This document shows positions 1 through 12,027 of a stretch of 64,000 bases of DNA, in pieces. Under the pieces are notes generated by a model that saw only the letters and a program-made list of their open reading frames with translations, was not told where the DNA came from and did not search any database. Source of the stretch: Anthoceros angustus (taxonomy: Eukaryota; Plantae; Anthocerotophyta); assembly GCA_010909165.1 (NCBI GenBank), contig VJWM01000106.1, forward strand, positions 620,001 to 684,000, written 5' to 3'. The translations under genes were made by a program, and so were the position numbers. Every line of letters starts with the position of its first letter. Within the stretch, counting starts at the first letter, position 1.

Positions 1-2450
1 CTCGCGCCTTCGACGCTGCCCTGTGACCTCTATGTCCATTGTCCGCTCCTCCCTGGACAACCATACTGTGCTCCTCCCTCCATGCTCGCCTCGCTCTCAT
101 CTTCTTCGACCACTTGCGGAGGATAGGCCCGCTCCTACTCGAAGGAACCATCGTAACTGTCAAGATGTACAGCCAAGAGTTTGCCCCTCGTCCCAACAAC
201 CACATACACGTTTAGAGTGAGCACGCTCACCATGCGCGGGGACATGAGCATCCTCATCCGGACCGTAGCACAATACGCCCTTCCGAGGAGGTCCTTACCT
301 CTCCTCCGTGGACAATCTGGCCGGGCTGCTGATTCTCGGATCTGTCCCTCCATCTGCGACACTCCGTGGTGACTTCCCCACCTCGGTTCCCGTTCCACGG
401 CGGTGGTTTAGCCACCGTGGTGGTTGCTTCCACGGTGGTTGTTGCTCCTGCGTTGCTCGGCCTTTCTTGGTTTGGCCACCTCTCTCTTGACTCGCCCTAG
501 CTTCGTCTCTTCCGCTTGTACCTCCGCCTTCTTGAATTTCTCCAAGGCGCCATCGCCACCGCTCTGGACTCGCGAGACCTCATCTGAAGCTCTTCAATTA
601 GCATAGCGCCTTGACCTGACTGATTTACTAAAGCTTCCCGAGTGGACATGTCCTTAAGCCTCTGTGCCTTGCATAAGGCACGACTCCGCTCTCCCCCTTG
701 CTCGCCTTCCGGCTTCCAACTTCTCCTTGAGCAACTTCTCCTTGGCCTTGCACACTCCAAGTGAGAGCCATGGTCGCTTGATCGAGATCCGCTGCGTCTG
801 TGCCATGGCCAAGTCAAACCTCAAATCCCCAAATTGGGCTGTCCCTTGCCCATCCGCCTCACAACAATTCTCGTGGCTGGTGTCTCCTATCCCCACCTCG
901 GACGGTTCGGTGAAATGTCAAAAATGTCCGAGTCCGGTCTCGGTCGGGTTAACCCCTCCTCTCCTAGGGGTTGATGCACGCCTCTTCCCCGCTTCATTCT
1001 CCTAGCGGCGATTCATCCTGCACGGAGGAGCAACTTGCCATTTCCCTTTATTTTCCTCCTTTACCTGCGTTCACTGCCTCGACTGGTGACCACAGGTGTG
1101 CTGGTTCCTCCGCTGGCCGCCTCCCTTCGCCGATCCCGTCGACTCGTTGCGCCCTTCTTACCCTTGGAAACTTCCCACCCTCTTGAACCTTCGAGCGCAC
1201 TCCCAGCTGGAATCCTTGCCCGAATCCTCCTTCAATTCCTCCTCTTCTACCTTGAGTTCACCGGCTTCCAACCATGCGGGACACCCAACTCCGTTAAACA
1301 CCGAATGCAAATACATGAATCGAAAAGGCGAAATCAAGGAGGGCCGAAGAAGAGAGTCGCCTTCTCCTCAGGCTCTTTCAAAAATCATCCTCCCCAATCA
1401 ATTTGTGTACCCTTGACCACCTCGTGAAGAAAAACCAAGAAGTGATCCGCCATATGATCCGGCTTCAGAGGCACAAAATCCATTTGGCCAATCCCACCAT
1501 TACAGAACACGAGTTGGCGAGTCACCCACCATTGTTCACTCTCACTTCCCGGGCTTCATGAGCGCTGCCTTTCATCTTTCACTGGGTCAATCACCAAGCT
1601 CCCATCCTCCGATGCTTCGCCCATACTGCTCGAAAGAGGCCAAATCCAGTCTGCGGCCTTTTCCTCGCGTCACCCTCTTGCGACTTGGTCCTTAATTGCC
1701 GGGCGCACTCTTGCACCAATGCGGTCAGAGCACCATTTCTTCTCCATGAACTTGAGCCCCACTCAGCCGCCGCTCTCACTTTCCGTGGTCCATGTTGGGC
1801 CACCGTGCGTGGGATTTCGGCTGGGCGCCATCTCCTTCTCGTTGTCTCCCAAAACAAAACCTCGACTACCTGCAGATCACGGTCAAGAGAAAAAATCAAA
1901 GCCGCCTCCTTCCACGCCTCCTCGCGAACTTGCGGCGCCGATTTCTCTCCTCCGCCGCCTGCCCCGATCGTCGCGCCTTCCTCCTCCTGCACTGAGTGAT
2001 TTGGCTGGCGTCGTGGTGTGCGCGCCCCTCTTGCTGCGGCTCGCGCCCCTCACGGAAAGTCGCGACCTCGCTCTTGGGTGTGCCTTCGATTGCGCCCACT
2101 GGTAGTCCGCTCCGCCACTAGGGTTGTAAATTCCAGTCCATGCCCCTGTCCGGCCACCGTGGTGGAACTAGCCACCACCCACTTGACTACACAACTGTCA
2201 TTGTGAGCATCCCTAGCATATATAGACACCTTTTATTCTAAAATTCCCAATACCCAAGGACTCTATTTCTACCCCACCCTCCGGGGTCAAACCTAAGGGT
2301 CGAAAAATTATTATTATCTCCAAGGGCCAAGGACCATTCCGTATAAAAGACGACTAGACGATTCTCAAAGCACTGCTATTCTAACACACCAAAAAAAAAA
2401 ATCGTTCACCGACACTTGAGGCGGGGTTAGTGCACATGTGGTCTTCCACA
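1..2450 (-). repeat. 3' LTR of element B (left part outside the window)
   Basis: Homologous along its length to ~9490-12027 and ~16270-19022. Ends in GGTCTTCCACA at 2450, directly next to the PPT. Confidence 0.92.
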
Positions 2451-2466
2451 TACTCCCTTCTCATTT
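2451..2466 (-). promoter_or_regulatory. Polypurine tract (PPT)
   Basis: Minus strand reads AAATGAGAAGGGAGTA immediately before the TG that starts the 3' LTR. Confidence 0.8.
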
Positions 2467-3560
2467 GTTGGCGTCCTCGCCAACTTATTGGTAATATTTT
2501 GACCCGCCAACCGTTGGCGTTGGCAAGGTGAGCCACTAAAATCTTGAGTTGAATTGATCCGTTGTCGAAAACTTCGAAAACTACGAAGGGCCCCATCCAT
2601 CGAGATGTAATTTACAGAAATGCATGTATCGGTTATCATATAGTAAAGCGGATCCCGAACAACGTATTCTTGGCGCTTCAATCTCTTGTCGTGCCACTCC
2701 TTCCTCCTGTCTTTGGACATCCCGCATAACTTGGAGGGCTTGTTCTCTGTCCTCCGTGTGTCGTTTAAACCCACCAACCTTTCCAATGACTTTCCTCCAC
2801 GGCATTCGACTTGGTTCCTGTATTCTCGGTGGAACTTGAATTCTATTGGCATGACAGCGAATGCCGTAAGTAAGATAATACGGGTTTCTGCGTTGTCACT
2901 TTTCCGGGTCCGACGCCACAGTCTTGAATGCGATTTCATATCGTCACGCATAGAGCGTGAGTTTGGTTAGGATCTTGCACAACAAGCCATTTGCCTTTCC
3001 ACCCCATTGGCTTTTGGGTTATAAGGCGTGGACTTCTGGGCGACGTTGAAGTGGTTGGTCATGTTGGAGATTACGATTGACGAAATGTGTTCCTCTCATC
3101 GACTCCAGCGGGCACCATATCGGTGATGATTTGCTCGAGCAGAATCGCACGACGTGCGCGCATCGGTGCGTGCTTCTACCATCCGCGTCTGATGTCTGGC
3201 CACGGGATGTATTGGTTTTGGCGAGCCTTGGTTTTGGATAGGACCGACAAAATCGATTCCCCATTTCTCGAATGGTGCGGTGCAAGTATGGGGACAAGGG
3301 GCCATTGGGTTGTTCTTTGGCTTGCCGACCCTTTGGCAAGCGCCACGCTTCACGAACTCCACGGCATCCTTGTACATTGTAGGCCACCAATAGCCACCTC
3401 AAAATTTTCCTGCATGTGACATGCGGCATAATGACCTCCGCCTCTTCTTCGTGTAAAGAGCTCGGGACTCCACCGCTTGGTGCGTACCCATAACCGCCTC
3501 ACCGGATGACTCGGTATAAATTCATATTGTGCCGTGAATGGTCCGGAGTAGTGGACAAAC
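2460..3560 (-). pseudogene. Retrotransposon integrase (frameshifted)
   Basis: Fragments include HV..GH...MYKDAVEFVKR..ACQRVGKP (zinc finger), PFEKWGIDFVGPI (core Asp motif) and DGPFVVFEVFDNGSIQL (GPY/F-like C-terminus). Confidence 0.85.
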
Positions 3561-3689
3561 GCTTTGAATCATGTCTTGGAAAGATGTGGAGGAATTTGGC
3601 CTGCCAAGATAATCGTATATCTCGATATGTTGGTCTTGAAGCCACCCTCCCTTCTCAATCGATCTTGGCTCCCTCCTTCCGAACCGGGC

Positions 3690-4110
3690 TTCACTTGGTT
3701 TGCAACTCCTGCGAAAACAGTGTCTCATCGGAAAGTCGTCTTCTGGTCCTTTCCACCTTCCTGCTTTTCAATCGAGATATGAAGTCGGCATTGATATGCT
3801 TCCTACCCTCTCTCGTTTCCGTGAAGGTAAACTCAAGGCAAGATCCAGTGCTATCGTCCGAAAGGTCGAGTTTATTCACAAGGTGTTTCAAGGCAAAGTG
3901 GTCAACATGGAACACAAATTCATACGAGAGGAGGTAGTGTCGAATTTCGACCGAGTAAACCATTCCCGATTGCTTGGCGCTCCGTGGTGGTATACTTTCG
4001 CTCCGCGTCCGTTAGTTGTCTCCGATAGTAGATCGGAAAATCCTTCTTCTTCTCATCCGGCTGGGTGACCCAATTGCAAATCTTTGAAACATCAGCAAAA
4101 CGTGGAACTT
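3690..4110 (-). pseudogene. Retrotransposon RNase H (frameshifted, partly deleted)
   Basis: IRHYLLSYEFVFHVDHFALKHLVNK and RKHINADFISRL are typical gypsy RNase H motifs. Confidence 0.8.
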
Positions 4111-4249
4111 CTTACTCGATCCGGTCCTTTTAGCGTGGGAGTCAGAGCTGTGGTGCGTAAGTCACGAAATGCTTCCTCCGTTCGTCGTCCACTCCCACTC
4201 GATCCGGTCCTTTTAGCGTGGGGCTGTAGCGATTGTGGTGCGTAAGTCA

Positions 4250-4990
4250 CGAAATGCTTCCTCCCGTTGCGTCGTCCACTCCCACTCCTGATCCTTCCTT
4301 AACAAGCTCGTTAGTGGGGCACCCGCTTGGCGAAATTTGGAACAAGCGTCTATAATATCCGACCATCCCCAGGAACCCGCGGAGTTCCTTTAGCGTTGTT
4401 GGTGCTCTAAGGGTGGCGATGACCTTTACCTTGTCCGGATCTACTTCTATACCTCGGCTTGAAAATTCGATGCCCCAATTCCTCGACATGCAAGTAGCAC
4501 TTTTACGGATGCGAGCATAATTGCGTTGCTCGGCGGCGCTCCGGCACCGGTGCGGCGGATGGTCCTTGGCCCCCCGAATACGCAGTCGTCGGAAAACTTC
4601 CATAAAGTAAGGAAGTCCTTGAAAATTTTGACGATGGCTCGCATGAAGGACCCAGTGCTCCGTCAACCCAAATGCGCGGCTTGTAAGCATATGTCCCCGA
4701 GTCGGTTGTGAAAGCGGTCAGAGGCCAATCGCTCTCCCTAAGGTGCAGCTGATTATACCCAGAGTACCCGTCTAGGAATGAATACGCCATCCTGCCTGCG
4801 ACCAGATCCAGGATATTATCGATGAAGGGTAACGGAAAGTGATCCTTCTTGGTGACCTTATTCAACCTTCTCCAATCCTGACAAACTCGGATTTTGCCTG
4901 GCTGCCTCTTAGGTACTACCACTATTGGAGCCACCCATTCGGTATTGACTATAGGATAGATCACGTCCGCCTTGAGGTACATCTCCAACT
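4250..4990 (-). pseudogene. Retrotransposon reverse transcriptase (frameshifted)
   Basis: WVAPIVVVPK..GKIRVCQDWRRLNKVTKKDHFPLPFID...SFLDGYSGYNQ and GIEVDPDKV...ELRGFLGMVGYYRR are Athila/Tat-type RT motifs. Confidence 0.9.
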
Positions 4991-5599
4991 GATCCTTTAC
5001 CTTGAGGAGTACTTGGATTTAACTTGTCTTGTGGAATCCTTCGGAATTGCTCACGGTTCCAGTCAATCCTATGCTCGCCCATTCTTTGGGGATCCCTTCA
5101 TGTCTGTTACCTCGGCGAAAACATCGATAAATTACGCAGCGTTGCTTCATTCCTTCCTCCAACGCCGCATCCATTGTTACGGAGAATTTGAGCACCTTCC
5201 ACGGAAGAACCTCAACGTCCTTGACTTCATCACTGTACCCACTCGCCTCCGTGCGGTGCTAACCCGAATCCTTCTTACGGCTCCGCGGTTCCTCTTCTCT
5301 CATGCCCCATTCCCTAAACAAATCCTCCGGCGTGAAGCTGCGTGGCGCCTCCTCCGGCTTTCTCCACTGCTTCAATCCGCCGGACCCCTTCCGGAGCATT
5401 CGGCGGTTACCCGTAATGCCTCACCGGGTTAATTGTATATGGGATATCTGCGGTAGTCCCGCTCCTCATCGGACCATGAGATGTGCGACGGAACCTATCT
5501 TCCTCTTGCATCTCCCGACGTGTCCTCTGCCGAGTGTGTACCTTGTTTTGGAGTTTCACTGCATACATGTCCTTACTCCACGATAGGCACATCCTTCCC

Positions 5600-5960
5600 T
5601 CCTTGGTCTTGGGATCCCATTCCAACGGTTTAAAACCGACTTCCTTCACTTGCAGGCGTGCATTGCGATCGTACATCCATGTTCGGCCAATTAGGACGTC
5701 GTACCGGCGATTTTCTTTGGATGACTACATAATCCATCAAGTAGGGATGGTTCCAATGGTCGTTAGCACCCTGTCGGTTCCCCACCGGCACCATTACGGA
5801 CATGTCGGCTAGCCTCAAAACCTTGGTAGTATGTTCAATATCCAAGCCCAATTTCCTAGCCGTGTCTTACGTCATAATATTTACAGACCCGTGTCGAGAG
5901 GCACTCCTTTGATGACACATCCGAAATTTCCACAGGTTGGTGGGCCTTGATCCACCATGG
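5600..5960 (-). pseudogene. Retrotransposon aspartic protease (frameshifted)
   Basis: VIKGVPLDTG motif at ~5890-5915, plus downstream ...PNWPNMD, a frameshifted LIGRTWM flap motif. A second copy lies at ~12150-12400. Confidence 0.65.
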
Positions 5961-6799
5961 ATACCAAGTTCACGCGAGCGCTGGGTGGGAACATTGCGCC
6001 TCTTTTGGGTTGCGCCTCTTTTAACGCCCTCGATCATTGCCTATACTGGATTGTCTCGGAGGAGTTGTCGAATGTGATCATGAAATGTTGGTCCATGATG
6101 GCCTCGGCGAGATTGAAAAAGCGGTGGCCACCTTCGCCATCCGATTTGGTTGTGGGTTCCCGGTTCGTCATGACTTGGGGTACGGTGGCCCTTCCAGGTG
6201 GGGTGGTGGACTCCCCTGGGGTGGTGGAAATCGACACCCCGCCTTTTCCCCCGTAGCCTCCCTTGCCAATTCTTCTTGTATCATATCCATGACTTCGCCC
6301 CGTACGTCCGGTGGAAACCCTAACTCTGGTTCGGTAACTTTCTCTGAAATCGGTAGGGTTCCACCCCCTTCGACGGCTTCCGTCAGCAGCCCTTCATTCA
6401 CCTTTCCGCCCGCTGGAACACTCAAGGTCTCAGCTGCATCACTCTTTTGCACATATGGTCCATCCGCCAAGTCACCTGCAGGACTTGTTTTTTCGTCTTT
6501 GGCCAACGTTCCCGCTGGTGTTGGTATTTCCGCATGGTGGCGACACTCTCTCCCTCATCCGATCCGTGGTCGTATCCGCCTCCTTTCTTCTTTTTCCCCA
6601 CGCCGCCTCTTTTGCTTTTGTGCTCCTTGTTCTAACGACCATGGCGGAGGCTTCCCCATAATAATCGCTTCCTGCCTAATCCCTCCAAGCTCCTCGGGGT
6701 TCCAATCTCGGCATCCTCCCATACCGCCATAAGTGCGTCCTCAACATGCATGGCGGACCGGACTTGGGTTTGAACTCGAACTCACGGGTGGTGCGCGAT

Positions 6800-8391
6800 C
6801 CTCACTTTTCCGGGGCTTTGGCGAGCACACTTCCCGCCAAATGCCCCCGCTTGCTAATCTTGACATAGTTTATCAAAATCTCCATTGCCTTGACGAGTTG
6901 GATAAGGCAGCTGTGCGCATAGTGTCCAAGGTTGCGACAATTATAGCACAAGACGGTACCCATTGGATTGTTACCCCGCCCCAGCTGGTTACGAACGCCT
7001 ACCCCTGTGGAATTACGTAGGTTGGCCGGGTACATGGTCTTTGGGTACACTTGGGTTGACTGAACCTCCTGGATCTGGTATGTATCTTCCACCGGACCCT
7101 CTTCCTCCTCTTCCTCATATCCCAGCAGGTGTACCCTTGTCGTCGGACAATTAGCTTTGGAGTGTCCCTGCTGCCCACACGTTGAACAGAAGAGGTTGGC
7201 TCGTGGGTTCGTGATGCCTCCGCCTCTCATGTTCCTTGACCGCATTAAGATGGAATTTCTCGAATTTTGCCATCATCTCCTCCATCTTGTTCCCTGTTGT
7301 TCTACTTTCTTGGCTGCTACCTCGGCCTCCTCTCGCTTCGCGTCCTTTTTGCGTACATCGCCTCTGTTTTGCCCTTGCTCCTTGTTGTCCGTGCACGACC
7401 CTTCATTTTCTTTTTCCATTTGGCGCTCCTCATCGATGGCCTTCCTCCTCTTCCTCCTCCGAGGAACTTTACGTGGAATCTTCGTGGAGCTTTCTTCACC
7501 GATGAACTTCCTTCCGAGGAGGATGAGGAATCCCTTCTTTTTTTCGTCGGGCTTCTTCTTCTCCTTCTTAGCCTTCCTCCTCCCTTGCGGGTTGGATTCC
7601 TCATAGTTTAGCGCCTTGATAGCCTTGCCCAAATTCTTCTCCGCTTGTAACCCACGTGTCTCCCCATCTTAGAACCCGGGCCTTTAGCGAACCACCGATT
7701 GCTGCAACTCCGAGTGAGGCCACTTGATCGCGTGGTGAAACCTCTCCACATACGCAAGGTTTCCTTCTTTCCTCTCTGCTTTTCAAGCTTGGACAACACG
7801 TATCCCTCACGTCAAGCCCCAGACCTTTCACAGGCGGTTTTAATTCTTCATAGGTTCTTTGGAGGTGTGGTGACTTGAGGTATTCGCGCCTATACCACTT
7901 GGACCCCAAGAACTCAGAACAATGAATCTGTGCATCTCCGCTTCTGGTTTGCAAATGTCATGCTCAAAACGCTCAACAAATTCATCGGTCTTCATACCCT
8001 TCCCTCTCCATACGGATAAGGTTGCTTGGTGGTGACCACCACCGGTGGTGGTGGTCATGACTATCGTTCTGATTCGGTGGTTGGTCCAACAACGGTTCTG
8101 CGAGTCGATTGATCTCCAACGATGCACACTTTTGGAAGAGGTCGATGGATGGAATTGGTCCGAGGTTCCTTGGCGGTGGTACCTCGTCCAAGTCCGAGGT
8201 TGGGGATCTTGCTCCAACAAGATCGGACCCCCCCAGTTGCTTCCTTACCTCCTTCTCCTTCCAGGTGCCTCTTTGGACCTCCTCAACTCGCGGTTTGCAA
8301 CCCTTTTAACCTTTCCGGTGCTTGGCGTTGTCGCTTCTCGTGTGGCCTTCCGTCCCGACTTGACTCGAACCCTCGACTCAACCCGTGGCAT
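6800..8391 (-). pseudogene. gag of element B (frameshifted)
   Basis: ATG ~75 nt after the PBS. Capsid-like fragments (ETLxxYVERF) and two zinc knuckles (CSTCGQQGHSKANCP, CYNCRNLGHYAHSC). Homologous copy at ~13200-14948. Confidence 0.8.
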
Positions 8392-8466
8392 CCATCTACC
8401 TAACTAGATACACTCCAAAACTAGACACCTAAGCTATGGTTAGTCCCCTATAACCTTGATGTAGCC

Positions 8467-8481
8467 ATTCCCGAACGGCCA
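8467..8481 (-). promoter_or_regulatory. Degenerate primer-binding site (tRNA-Asp) of element B
   Basis: Corrupted version of the intact PBS at 15032-15049, in the same position relative to the LTR end. Confidence 0.7.
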
Positions 8482-8484
8482 AAA

Positions 8485-11400
8485 TGTGGAATGGGTTTTG
8501 CATCCAAGACGCAAAGAGGCCACATTTACCCTCTATGTCGTTATAGTCCTAGGATTCGATCCCAAGGGAATGGTGTTGTGTCAAGGTGTGCTAAATCTAT
8601 GGATTCTAGACACCCGCGCCGCCACTCACCTTCCACTACTCCCCAAACCCACCACCGTAGACTCCACGATGCAGTTCGGCCACATGGCGGGCCCACGGCC
8701 CGCGGAGTCTATTCGTCACCCGCTTCTCTAACACGGACCTAGGGGCTATGGACACTACCTATACGCCCGCCACTTCTGGAATTTGCGATCCACCACACGC
8801 CACTCCTCCCACGCGTTCGATTTTCCCTCACACACTCTCACAATCCCTCCCAGTACACAACTACTCCTCCGGAACCTTTCCCTTCCCAATGAACTCTCTC
8901 GTCTCACGGGCCACAGACCCTCCTTGGCCACCACAGACCCCTCTCATGGAATGAACACACAGTGGCGGTTGGAAGAGGATCGGGAAAACCCGGTCGGTGC
9001 TTGGGCGATTCGCCTTCCGCCTCGGTCGGCAATCCTACCTCTTTTCGGCGCTGCCTTCCGTTACCCAGGCGTGGAGCTTGGCCACTCCGCTCTCGACCAT
9101 CCGAGATCTTCCGGCCTTCTTGTGACCAAGAGCCCGAACCCGCTTGATCTTGACGCTCCAATCAACCCCACTCGTTCGATACACGGAAGTTCACACCGAA
9201 ATCGCCTTGAGAGACACCCAGGGTCTCTTATACATCCGTGGTCCAACACTCACTTCTCTTTAGTGTCTAAAATTGTAGCTCCTACCACGGCGCCTTACCA
9301 ATCTACAACAATGCTCTACTGATGGAACTCCCTATCCTCTCGAAAAAGGAAACCCGGTCCTAGGCTATCGCGACTCCTAAAATCCTCATGCGGCCTCGCC
9401 CCACGGCCCATGGGGACCCCTCTCGCTCTTGGCCTCGCCTCGATCCGAGCGATTTTCCCCACAACCTCCACCTCGCTCTCCTTTGAATTTCCCTCGCGCC
9501 GCGGACGCGCGCCTGTGACCTCTATGTCCATTGTCCCGCCTCCGCCGGACAACCATACCGTGTGCTCCTCCCTCCATGCTCGCTGCGCCTCGCTCATCTC
9601 TTCCGGCACCACTTGCGGAGGATAGGCGCCCGCTCCTACTCGAAGGAACCATCGTAGCCTGTGGCGGTCAAGATGTCAGCCCGAGTTTACGCCCCTCTGT
9701 CCCAACAACCACATACACGTTTAGAGTGAGCACCGCTCACCATGCGAGCGAGGACATGAGCATCCTCATCCGGAGTAACACGCCTTCCGATCCAGAGGTC
9801 CTTACCCTCTCCTCCGTGGACAATCACAGGCGGTGCTGTTGATTCTCCGGGGATCATCCCTCCATCTGCGACACTCCTGGTGACTTCCCCACCTCGGTTC
9901 CCGTTCCACGGCGGTGGCTGGTTTAGCCACCGTGGTGGTTCTTCCACGGTGGTTGTTTGGCTCTGCGGTGGTTGCTCGGCCTTTCTTGGTTTGGCCACCT
10001 CTCTCTTGACTCGGCCCTAACCGTCTCTTTCCGCTTGTACCTCTCCGCCTTGAATTTCTCCAAGGCGCCATCGCTTCCACTGCTCCTGGACTCGCGAGAC
10101 CTCATCGAAGCTCTTCAATTGTAGCATCGCCCCTTGACTGATTTACTAAAGCTTCTGCGAGTGGACATGTCCTTAAGCCTCGTGCCTTGCATAAGGCCGC
10201 ACTCCGTCTGCGCTCCTCGGCCGCCTTGCTCTCGCCTTCGGGCTTCCAACTTCTCCTTGAGCAACTTCTCCTGTTGGCCTTGCACACTCCAAGTGAGAGC
10301 CATGGCTTGATCGAGGAGATCCGCTGCGTCAGCCATGGCAAGTCAAACCACCAAATCCCCAAATTGGGCTGTCCCTTGCCCATCCGCCTCCACAACAATT
10401 CTCGTGTCGGTGTCTCCTATCCCCACCTCACCGGACGGTGAAATGTCGCCAAAATGTCCGGAGCTCCGTTGCGGTCTCGGCCGAAGTTAACCCTCCTCTC
10501 CTAGGGGTTGGTGCCACCGCCTTCCCCCGCTTCATTCTCCCCTAGCGGCGATTCATCCCTGACCGAGGGAGCAACTTGCCATTTCCCTTTACTTTTCCTC
10601 CTTACCTGCTGCCGCTGCCTTCGACTGGTGACCTGTGGTGGGTTCCTCCTCTGCTGCCCTCCCCTTCTTCGCCGTTACGTTGCCGCCCGCCGCTTCTTAC
10701 CCTTGGAAACTTCCCCACCCTCTTCCGAACCTTCCAGGCGCACTCCCAAGCTGGAATCCTTGCCCGAATCCTCCTTCAATTCCTCCTCTTCTACCTTGAG
10801 TTCCACGGCTTCCAACCATGCGTGGACATGCCTTCCAACTCCGTTAAACACGGAATGCGCAAATACATGAATCGGAAAAGGCGAAATCAAGGAGGGCCGA
10901 GGGAAGAAGAGTAATTCGCCTTCTCCTCACAGGCTCTTTCGAAAATCATCCTCCCCAATCAATTTGTGTACCCTTGACCACCTCGTGAAGAAAAACCAAG
11001 AAGTGATCCGCCATATGATCCGACTTCCGGTTACGAGGAAACACAAAATCCATTTGGCCAATCCCACCAAGCAGACACGAGTTGGCGAGTCACCCACCAT
11101 TGTTCACTCTCACTTCCCAGGCTTCATGAGCGCTCCCGTCTCAAGGTCTTCTTCACTGGGGTCAATCACCAAGCTCCCATCCTCGATGCTTCTCGCCCAT
11201 ACACCGCTCGAAGAGGCCAAATCCGTCGCGGCCTTTTCCTCGCGTCACCCTCTTGCGACTTGGTCCTTAATTGCGGGCGCACTCTTGCACCAATGCACGA
11301 GCACCATTTCTTCTCCATGAACTTGACCAGCCCCCGACCAGCTGCCACTCACTTTCCGATGGTCCATGTTGGGCCGCTGCGTGAGTAGATTTGGCGGGCG

Positions 11401-12027
11401 CCATCTCCTTCTCGTTGTCTCCCAAAACAAAACCTCGACTACCCCTGCAGATCCCGGTCAAGAGAAAAAATCGAAGCCGCCGGCTCCTTCCACGCCTCCT
11501 CGCGAACTTGCGGCGATTTCTCTCCTCCGCCGCCGCTCGATCGCGCGCCTTCCTCCTGCAATGAGAGGCTTTGGCGTGGTACGCGCCTCTCTTGCTGCCG
11601 GCTCCGACCGCCTCACGGAAAGTCGCGACCTCGCGTCTTGGGTGTGCCCTTCTCCCTTGCCCGACGAGGTAGTCCCGCCCGCCACTAGGGTTGTAAATTC
11701 CGGTCCAGACGTCCTGCCGCCACCGTGGTGGAACTAGCCACCACCCCACTTGACTACACAACCGGCATATTGTGAGCATCCCTAGCATATATAGACACCT
11801 TTTATTCTAAAAATTCCCAATACCCAAGGACTCTATTTCTACCCCACCCTCCGGGTCAAACCTAAGGTCGAAAAATTATTATTATCTCCAAGGGCCAAGG
11901 ACCATTCCGTATAAAAGACACGACTCAGACGATTCTCAAAGCACTCGCTATTCTAACACACCCAAAACAAAAAAATCGTTCACACTGACACTTGAGAGCG
12001 GGGTTAGTGCACATGTGGTCTTCCACA
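8485..12027 (-). repeat. 5' LTR of element B, 3543 bp, containing a long frameshifted ORF
   Basis: Starts TGTGGAA next to the PBS and ends TTCCACA. TATA-like CATATATAG at 11786-11794. Confidence 0.92.
9316..11750 (-). pseudogene. LTR-internal ORF (about 750-800 codons if frames are joined); paralogous copies at ~16100-18750 and 1-2150
   Basis: The same peptide blocks recur in the LTR copies: KKWCYDSPALVQECARQL, DHFLVFLHEVVKGTQIDWGRMIFE, and coiled-coil AQTQADLLDQ...EKLLKEKLEARRREQ. Similarity to Athila env-like/Transposase_32-type ORFs is inference. Confidence 0.65.

Larger units (their letters stand above)
1..12027 (-). mobile_element. Ty3/gypsy LTR retrotransposon, Athila/Tat-like (element B): 5' LTR 8485-12027, gag-PR-RT-RH-INT 2451-8484, 3' LTR runs off the left edge
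   Basis: Domain order on the minus strand is gag (two CCHC knuckles), protease, RT, RNase H, integrase. A PBS remnant lies next to the 5' LTR and a PPT next to the 3' LTR. LTR termini are TGTGGAA...TTCCACA. All ORFs are frameshifted. Confidence 0.93.
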
